A stretch of DNA of 58,194 nucleotides from the IMG/VR virus record IMGVR_UViG_3300009466_000003, positions 1-58,194 of that record; one strand, given 5' to 3'. The position numbers were made by a program, and so were the translations under genes. Under the pieces are notes generated by a model. That model saw nothing but the letters and a program-made list of their open reading frames with translations, made no database searches and was not told where the DNA came from. Source of the stretch: a virus (Duplodnaviria > Caudoviricetes). Below, one piece after another: positions 18,155 to 28,200 of this stretch; the stretch's first letter is position 1, and each line of letters starts with the position of its first letter.

Positions 18155-19242
18155 TGGCAAATGGCATTGCAACAGAGTATCCAAGAATGGCACCTTCTGA
18201 AATAGAAGCTATGGTTCAAGAGCGTGTTGGTGGTGGCGGAGGGATTGGACAAGATTTTCAATCTTGGCAGTATAATATCCCCGAAGGTGGAGGAACGGCA
18301 TACCCCAAAAGCCGCAGGCAGATGCGAATGGAGGCAGAATACCAGCAATATCAATTGAAAGAACTTGAACGCATGAAAGCGTTGCAAGCAATGGAAATGG
18401 CTGAAAAGCAATATGGTCTTCAGCTTGAACAAGAACAGAGGTTGCGAGAAAAACAACAGCTTGATCTTGACAGACAGGAAGAAGTTCAAAACCAAGCTCG
18501 CATGGCCATGGGCGCAATTCTGGGATCGGTTCAGCCTGATGGCCAAAGAACTAGGCCAATCAATATTAATGACGATGATGCCGTCGAAAGACTTCAATCT
18601 GTAATTTATTCCAACCAGCTTGGAATGGAGGATCAGGCTACCAAAGAAGCTGTTGTTGGAATGTTGAATGATGCTCTTCGTGTTCGTGAACGTAAACTGC
18701 AAACATCTCAAGAGCAGGAGTTGGCAGCATCAACACTTTCGGCGCAAACTGGAAAACCAATGAAAGAGTTTGGAGAGTATACGGCAGAAGGCATCTTTCG
18801 TCCCAATTTGAATGCCATTGTCAAAGCCAATGAAGAGTTAAAACAGAAAGAAGAAGCTGCTGCTGAAGAAAAAGAAGTAGCCAAAGAAACCCGAAGGGCG
18901 GAAGCAAGAGAGACTGTTGCCGAGAAAAAATCCAAAGAAACTCAAATTATCGGAATTGATAAAGAGTTGCGTAGGGAAGGTCTTGCTTTGGAAGAAGTTG
19001 CGGCAAATCTTGGATTGCAGCGTGACCAGTCTGGAAGGTTTAATATTGGCGGGCTTTCTGATACTCAGAAAAAAACATTTAGGGCGGCTGAGAATCGCGT
19101 TAGACTTTTGGAACAGGACAAGGCACAATTGCAGGGATTTATGTTTGACACAGAGGCAGATGCCCAAGCGGCAATTGAGGCCAAAAGAGTTCCAAAGGGA
19201 GCCATCATATTTATTAATGGCAAAAAAGCTATCAACCGATAA
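18154..19242 (+). CDS. Putative internal virion (ejection) protein
   Basis: Glu/Gln/Lys coiled coils; C-terminal VPKGAIIFINGK motif. Confidence 0.5.
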   Translation: MANGIATEYPRMAPSEIEAMVQERVGGGGGIGQDFQSWQYNIPEGGGTAYPKSRRQMRMEAEYQQYQLKELERMKALQAMEMAEKQYGLQLEQEQRLREKQQLDLDRQEEVQNQARMAMGAILGSVQPDGQRTRPININDDDAVERLQSVIYSNQLGMEDQATKEAVVGMLNDALRVRERKLQTSQEQELAASTLSAQTGKPMKEFGEYTAEGIFRPNLNAIVKANEELKQKEEAAAEEKEVAKETRRAEARETVAEKKSKETQIIGIDKELRREGLALEEVAANLGLQRDQSGRFNIGGLSDTQKKTFRAAENRVRLLEQDKAQLQGFMFDTEADAQAAIEAKRVPKGAIIFINGKKAINR

Positions 19243-22200
19243 TGCCGATAGAATATCTAGATGATATCGAAGAGGATATTACAGAAGCGGCGGACACTAC
19301 TCCCGTAGAGCAACCGCCCGTTGCTGGCGTTTCTGAGCCAGTCGCGCCAGAACCCTCTGGAGAATTTGGCGGAAGGATTGAATACATTGAAGAAGAGCCT
19401 CTAGAAATAGAGCCTCCTAGAGATAATAGCTGGGACACGCTCCGAGGTTTTGAGGTTTCGATGCGGCAAGTTCCGCAGTTGGCTTACGGGGTGGCGGGGT
19501 TGGTCGGTGAGACCGCAGAACAATTGACAGGCTATGGCGAATCGCTCCGAGACTGGGGGTTCCGTGGATACCAAGATTGGGCCGAAAGCATGGAGCCAAT
19601 CTCCAAGGAAACCGATGATGTTACGGTGGCATGGCAGAAAGCCAAAGAAGGAGATATCGGTGCGCTGGTTGATTGGGCGCAATACGGTATTGGTTATGCG
19701 CTAGGACAGCTTGGAGAAACGGCAGCTATTGCAGTCTTGGGCGGTATAGCTGGTGGTGCGGCGGGAGCGGCTGGTGGACCAACGGCAGTTCCAGCGGCGG
19801 CGGGCGGTGCTGTGGTGGCTGCGGCTGGAAAAACTGGATTTAAGGCTCTTGCCAAAAATCTTGTTGAGAAAGCCATCAGCGCACAAGCGAAAAATATTGT
19901 TAAAAAACAAGCTGCAAAAGAAGGAATTGAACTTACTGGTGAACAATTAGCCAAACGCGCACAGCAAGAGGCTATTAAGCGTCAGGCTGGCAGAGAGATT
20001 GGTTCTAATGCTGCCGTGTTTGCCAATGCCATCGGAATGCAACTTGGTGCCATCTACGGATCTGCCGAGGAAAAGGCCCGTGAGGAAGGGCGTGAACTTA
20101 CAGGATTGGACTTGGCTCGCATCTGGGGTAGCGGCATTGCCACGGGCGGACTGGAAGGTGTTGTTGATAAATTTGGATTGGATCTTTTGAAGGGTAAGTT
20201 TGCCGAAGCTCTTCCTGCTGGACGGCTGGCTGGTGCGGCGGTGGCTGGCCCGATTGGTCTTGTTGGCGAAGCGGCAACCGAAGCAGTTCAAACTGTTGGC
20301 GAGCGATTCGGCGCAGGCAGGGAACTTCTTAGCGACGAAGCTATCAACGAATATATCAATGCTTCTGCCTTGGGTGGTATTGGTGGCGGGGTTATTGGCG
20401 GTGCTGGCGGGTTTATCTCTGGCAACCCCAAGGAAAACGCCGCAGCCAAAGCCAAGGTATCTTCAGAGGCTAATAAGGACATCGCTCCCGCTACCGCCGA
20501 GACCGTAGCCAGACAAGCCGATGCCGTAATTGCTGAGACAGTCCAAGAAACTCCCGAACAGCGAGTAGCCCGCCTCCAAGAAGAATCTGCCGCAGCAGCA
20601 GGAATAGAACTAGAAGAAGAAGGGGAAGGCGGGGTTGAGCCGACAGTTCCCGTCACTCCTCCCGTAGCACCCACTCCCGAAGGCGCAGTAGCCCCTGTAG
20701 AGCCAGTTGTTACTCCAGAAGTAGCAGAGCCGCAGCCAGCCGCAGAAGTCGCGCCCACTTCAATTTCAGAATCTGAACAAATTAAAAACATTAAAGACAA
20801 GGGCGTCACCGCCATTCACTTTTCAAGGACTCCAATGCAACTTGAAAAAGGTGTAGATATTTCAAAAATTAAGGGCGCATATCCAGAGGAGTCTGTATTT
20901 GGTCGTGGGTTTTACGCAATGGAACCAGCAGATGAGTCTTCTTGGAGAAGTGCCAGTAGGTTTCAACTTGGAGACTATAGAAATGAAGTAAAATTATCTC
21001 CAAAAAACCCAATCATTATATCTCCAGACACAGTTAAAAAATACGGATATGATGAAATTAAAAATCGCGTTGATCAAGGTGGATACGATGCAATTATTGT
21101 TAGTGGCTGGAATCCCGAATACGATGCTGGCATAGAAAAAAGACTGAACGAGCTTTGGAGTCCAGTCTTTCCAGAAGGAAGGACAAGTGGACAATTTTTA
21201 AACACCAAAGAATATGATGCGGCAATAAGTAGAGCCACAGAAGAAATTACTGGTCTTTCAAGGAAAGACTATGAGGCGATAAGTAAAAGTGGATGGGATC
21301 AAAATCAAGTATTTATCCCACCAGATATTGCTTCTGACATTGTATCGAAGCCAGAAGTGACTCCTCCCGCCGAGGTTGCTCCCGAAGTGACCCCGAATCT
21401 TGAACCCCTACGCCGAGTAGCAAGAGCAGAACAAGCCCCAGAAGATATTCCCTCTTTGGTGGAGGCGGGGTTGGTCGAGGTGTATAAAGATCAACCTGTC
21501 ATTACGGAAGCGGGGATTGCCCAATTGCCCGAAGCAGAACGTCCAAGGCTGACGCCCGAAGCCCGAAAGATCCAAATCGACACAGGAGCAAACGAAGTAG
21601 TAGCCGAAGCCATCTCCAAGAATCTTCGTATCGGGGTCGATCAGGTGGGAGCCAATGTGCGTATGCCCGCAGGCTGGACACTGGTAGAGGATATCTATGT
21701 GCCGCCAGCCAAGCAGGAAGTAGCGAAAGCGGGACAACCAGAACAAGCAGTAACCCCGCCGACATTAAAAACAAAATATACAGACAACAATCTTGAAAAT
21801 GTTTCTTTTCCGCGCACATCTGGTCAACCCAATCAAGCAAGGCAAGCGTTGGAAGTTATTTCCAAAGGAAGTTCTCCGTATGCACAGTTGGCTCAAGAAA
21901 TTCTAAATGCTGCCAGCACCAATCCAGAAATAAGCTTCGCAATTAGCAATTCAAAATTTACCAGATCAACGCCAGCGCAAGACAGGGGAAGATTTAAAAA
22001 CAGATCTTTTTACGAGGCGGCATACAGGACAATAGCCATGAATCCCAATCAGGCTGGGGATACGCGAATTGCCGTCCATGAAATTATCCATGCCATCATC
22101 GCGCACAAACTTCCTAATCAAATATCATCAAGCAAACTCAAGGGTAAAAAATATAAAAATGTTTTAGACAAAGCAATCGCGGATAAGTCTTTGCCCAAAC

Positions 22201-25200
22201 CACTGCGCGACATAATTCGTGGATACATTCTTACCGTTGAAAAAATGGGCGCTGCTGAAACATTGTGGGGCACTGGCCCAGATGCTGGAACCACATCTCA
22301 AACACTTAATGTTTCAGTAAAATATCTTGGTGCGCCGATTGGGGCACAAACCAAGGCGCAAAGAGAGGGCGGCAGGTCATATAGAATCCAAAAGAAATCG
22401 AATGTTCAAAAGCTTCTAAGGTATCTAAAGGAAAACGGGATTACAGAGGTTGATGTTCGTCAAGGATCTTATGGAATTAGATCCAGAGGCGGGCAACCAT
22501 ACTATGATGTAATTATCGCAAATTCTGATCTTGAAAAGATCGCCGTTAATAAAAAGCAGCAGGGCAAGCATCCGTCATATTACGGAAACAAGGGATACGA
22601 TCCGACCAACAATGCTTTAACTTGGAACATAAAAAACAAAAAGTTCCCACTTGCCAATGATCCAGATGCAGTTGTCGAATACGGCTTTGAATACGGTCTT
22701 GGTAATATTGATGAGTTCCTTTCCGAAGCACTGAGCAATCCCGAATTCCAAAAAGTCCTCAACGAGATTGAGATGGAACAAGGAAAAACAATTTGGCAAA
22801 CAATTGTTGACGCCATCGCCCGAATCCTAGGTATCGAAGTGAAGGCGGGATCTGTGCTGGATGTGATATCCAGATCGGCATTTGAGTTGGCTACAGAAGG
22901 AGACCTTCTTCTGGCTGGAGGCCGAACCCCGTCCCCCGCCCCCGAAGTAAGAGAATCCCGCAGGGAACCCGCTCCCCTTACCCAACAAGACAGAGAGTAT
23001 CTGGATGCGGTGGAAAGAGGAGATTTGGATGCGGCGTCGAGGGTCGTGGATGCGGCGGCACAGGCTGCTGGAAATGTGACAACGGCTTATAGGTCAAACA
23101 CACAAACAACCACAGTATTCGACACAAAGAATCGGGCCGCTTGGTTCACCGATGATCTGACTGATGCCCAAGACTATGCATCTATCACAGACGTAGATCC
23201 CGAAACAGTAAGCAAATACTATCTCAACACCGACAACTTCGCGTCACTTGATGATCCGCAAATAGCCCGACAGATCAGAGATATCGTTCCGAACATGAAT
23301 GATCTGATGGCGGTGAGTGATGCTATGCCGCAAATCCGCCAACGACTTGGAGAAAGGTATGACGGCATCAAGGTGACCAGCTTTTCGATGGGCTATGAAA
23401 CGACCCACTACAATCCCTTCAAGCCCGAAAGAATCAAATCGGCAGACGCCGTAACCCGCGATGACCAAGGCAACATCATCCCTCCCAGCCAACGCTTCCA
23501 GCCCACAGAAGAAGATATAAGGTATTCCAGACGGGAGCCAGTCCTTCTAAAGAATCGCTTCTACTCACAGCTTGAGCGCACGGTTGCGGCAAAGATGCCA
23601 AACGTCTCGTCTCCCGAACAGCTTAAAGCCATCATCGATCCTTCTAGGGGAAGCGGGGTCAAGCCCGAAGAAATAAAATGGAGCGGTATCACCGAGGCCA
23701 TTGACCGCATTGCCGCCGAAAACAACGGGCGAGTCCCGAAAGAAGCCATCATCAAGTATATGCAGGATGAAGGCAATGTCCGCTTTGAAGAGGTAACTCT
23801 GGCGAGAAAGAAAGTTCCATATACTGGCGGGGAAATCAAGCGAATGCCCAACGGAACATACAAGTTGTCGTTCTTTGGATACGACAGCATGTATACAAAA
23901 CTAGAAGACGCTGAATCTGATCTCCAAAAAATGCGGGAAGGCGCGAGCAGAACAGAAGACGAGACTACTTATTCACAATATCAACTTCCTAATGGCGAAA
24001 ACTATCGTGAGGTTATATTGACAACGGCTTCTGGTGGTTCTTATCAAGATCCCCAAAGATTACGAGACCTATCTCGCGAAAGGCGCGGCATTCAGGAATC
24101 TGGAAGAATGCTTACCAGAGAAGAGTCGAACAGGATTACTGAAATAGACAAAGAAGTCAGAACTCTTGAAGATAGAATTGAGCAAGCAAAGTCTAAATAC
24201 AAATCTCCTCACTTTGCAAATATACCAAACTACGTTGCCCACATGCGTCTGAATGATCGCAAGGATGCAGAAGGAAAAGACGGAACATTTATTGAAGAAA
24301 TTCAATCAGATCTCCACCAAAAAGCCAGAGAGGTTGGATATAAAGACGAAGGCATTGTTCAGCAGAATTTTGTAAGCTGGTTGGCCGCAAACAAAAAAGA
24401 ACTTTCCGAACAAGAAATTCAAACACAATTTAAAACAAGGATTGGTGAGGAAATCCAGCAATGGACTAAAGACCAAGAAATCGCCGCAAAAAATGCCAGT
24501 GCCGTTCCAGATGCGCCGTTCCGCAAGGATTGGTCGCTGCAAATGTTTAAGAGGGCGTTGGAAGAGGCTGTTGCAAGCGGTAAAGATTGGATTGGATGGA
24601 CAACTGGGGATACGCAGGCGGCACGATATGATTTAAGCAAGCAAGCAAAGGCTGTTATCTATAACAAGAATCGAGATGGTTCATTCACTATTACGGTTAG
24701 AGATCTAAACGATGTAAACTCAAAAATAGGAGACTATTCTGCCGAGAAGTTGCCTGATGTTGTCGGCAAAGAGCTTGCGGAAAAAATCGTAAACGATCCA
24801 AACCCAAATGGAATCTTCGCTGGAAACGACCTAAAGATTGGCGGCGAGGGGATGAAAGGATTTTACGACAATATCCTTCCCAAAGAGATTGCCAAGTATG
24901 TCAAGAAGTGGGGCGCAACTGTTGAGAAGTCTGAGATATCGGCGGGCGTTGGTATTAATGCTTGGGTATTTTTAGATGATGATGGTGTGTTTAGAGTCAA
25001 AGATAGAAAAGACGGAAAAGACCCACAGGCTAAAACTTTGGGAGAATTTGATAATCAAACAGACGCCGAAGAATTTGCGCGTATGTATAAGGGGGAAAAT
25101 GTCCCAATCTGGCGCGTCAGCATCACTCCAGAGATGCGCCGAATCATCGAAGAAGAAGGACAGGCTTTATTCTCTCTACAGATGCCCAGCCGTATTGCTG

Positions 25201-28200
25201 GCATGGAACCCGAAGCAGTGACAACCAAGCTGGAGTCTTTGGGATTCGGGCGGGGTGGGATTGTATCAGTGGTCAACGAACCCGATGCCTCCTTTGAAGG
25301 CCGCACCATCATCCGAGACGGGAAAGTAGTAGGTATAGAGCTAAACGCCGCAGCCTTGAGAGACGATGCCGCTGTAGAGCGAGTCTTGAACCATGAGATT
25401 GCCGAATCCGCCAATGCCGATGGGGCGCTTAATCGTTTGGTGGCGGGGTTGACCCCGAAAGAAAGAAAAGAAATCAACGATGCCATCACTAGGTTGGGCT
25501 ACGCAGAGCGGGCTAGAACCGCCGAGGAAGCCGCCAGAGCCGTCGAATTACTAGCCGAGGGATGGAGGGGCAGACGCTGGTTTGAACGTGCTGTGGCGCG
25601 GATTGAGGCATGGGCCAACAAGCTGGGATACAAGCTCACCCGACGAGCCGCCGAATACATCGCCGCCCGCAACATGGCGGAAGTCAACGATAGCTTCAAA
25701 CAGGCATACAACAAATTTATCAATGTGCAGGGAGAGGCTAGGGAAGCGCGAGTTGGCGAGCAAGCTGTCGTTGATGCCGATATGGGCCGCAGATCGCAGA
25801 CCGAACTAACGCCACAAGAAATAGAACAACTAGAAAGCGGCGAGAAAATCCGAGTCTACAGGGCGATGCAAGTCATTGATGGAAAGCTGTATCCGCCGAT
25901 GTCCGCTTTGGTTGGCGGAAAACTCCGCAAGCCCACAGAAATTGGAACATGGGAAAAGGCCGAAGAGCGCCCAGACTTGCTGGATAAGCGGGGCAAATTC
26001 ATTCTTCAGAAGGGCAACAAAGCGACAGTCCCCGCAGCATACAACCCGTATTTCCACACATCTACCTCACCCCTAAATGATCAGTTTTCTTCGGCATACA
26101 AGAGAGACAATCTTGTCACGGTTGAAGTCGAGGTTCCCGCCAGCGAATTGACCAGTGGCTACAAAGCAGATGGCGCAAAGGATGCCGTGGGCGAAGTCCG
26201 CTGGAATGCTGGCCCCGTGAGCAGCAAGCTCCCCGCCGACAAGAAACGCAAAGTTATTCTTTCGCGCTACGCTAAGGTTGTCCGCATTGTTCCCGACAGC
26301 GAGGTTGCTGGAATCATCGCAAATCTTCTTGAGGGTACTAATCTTTCTATTCCAGAAAACACCGTCACCCCGTCACTAAAAGCTGAACTGGAAAAGCAGG
26401 GAATCAGCGTAACCCCGCGACCAGTAAGAGGTGAGGAGATCCGCGAATCCCGCAGAGAAGACGCCATCCCCACCTTCTCCGAGGGAAGCCCCGAAGCATC
26501 CACTCTATCTACTATGGCCTCATCTATGGCCAAGGTGGATGCGGCGTCCGAGGCCAAGCCAAACCCCGAAAACAAACCCACCTACAAGATCAGCGAGATA
26601 GCCTCTGTCTGGATGGATCAAGGGGGAGATGCCCGTCAACTCCAAGACATGGTGGTGGAGTATACCAACCTCACACCAGCCAATGCCAAGAAGGTAGCCA
26701 ATGCCATTGCCAAGCAATACGATATCCAGCAGTCGATTGCTACGGCATTTTTAGAAACTCCCGCTGGCATTTCGGTGGAAGCCCTACCCGAAGGTGTCAC
26801 GCTCCCGAAAGAGGTTGATCCTGATCGTCCGCGCCCCGTCATGCAGCGCCTCTTTGATGTGTTCATGGGAGTCAGGGTAAAACCCGTCAAGATTACTGGT
26901 GATGAAAAGGCATTGCTTAAAAGCCAGATCCGCCTCAAGGCCGCAGCCAATCGTGCGGCAAAGCAGGAGCAGCAACGCACCGCAGACGAGGTTGTTGAGA
27001 TTATCAAGTCCATGGAGCTTCGCGGCCCCGTCCGCCCAAAACAAGCACAGGCTCTAGCCAAACGCGCAGCCAAGGTGATCTGGACAAGCGAGAAATCCAT
27101 GGAGACCTTTGTCGAATACGCCGCCAAGGTGGTGGAGAACGCCAACTACGATGCGGATCTCCGCGAGGCCAAAGCGGCACAGAAACGCGCCAAGGAACTT
27201 TCCAAACAGAAGAAAGTCGCCATGAGTCCGCAGCGTCTAATCCTCCAACAGATTGGTAATGTCGCAGTTAATAAGCTGGATGATCCGCGCATGTTTGCCG
27301 AGATGATCAACTACTACTTGCGTGGATTCAAGGATGTGCGTTCTCCTGACTATGTGGTGGTTCCCGATGAAGAAATCACGGGCTACATATCTCAACTGGA
27401 AAACGAGTCCGTCACAGATCAAGCCGAGGTGGAGCGCGAGACCAACGAAAGGCTTGCCCGCAAATACGACCTTGATCCCAATACCATTCCAGAGTTGATG
27501 AGCCTTATCAACATCATCGAAGAGATTGAAGGCAGGGAGAACCGCGAAGCCTTGGAATCGATCCTTACTGACAAAGCCATCGAAACCCAAGACGGATTGC
27601 GCGGATATGACACAACCGCGCTTACTAACACTCAAAAGAAATTGGTTGAGTCAATGCTCAATGTAGATCTGAAGTCAATCAATACACAAGAGCGGCAAAT
27701 GTTTATCCGCATTGCCAACAATATGATTTACAACAATCAGACCAATGGCGCGGAATACTTTGTGGCTACGGCCAAGGGGCAAGAAAATGCTCGCAAGGCG
27801 GCAAGAGATTCCAAATTGATCCAACGCAACCAAGCTTGGATTCCGCTTATTCCTTCCTTTGGATCTTTGAAGCTGCAAGAAACCCTTCGCAACTTCTCTT
27901 TGGAATTGCAATCAGTGGCCGACACCTTCCGCAATGTATTCGGAAAAGACTTTATGGCCAAGGCTTACGAGATGATGGGGATGCTGGATCTGAATGAGGG
28001 ATTCACCAAAGCCAACAATACCATTGATGAAATCCAAGATCTGATGGCCGAATTTCACCAAGGCAACAAAAAGAAATATGGTGACGCAGCCCGCAACCAA
28101 GACGGCATTCTCTCCGAGGGTGTGGCTGGATTCTTGATCCAAGAATTCCCGTTCAAGGATGAGGCAACCTCAATTCAGCAACGCCGAAACCTGATCAATG

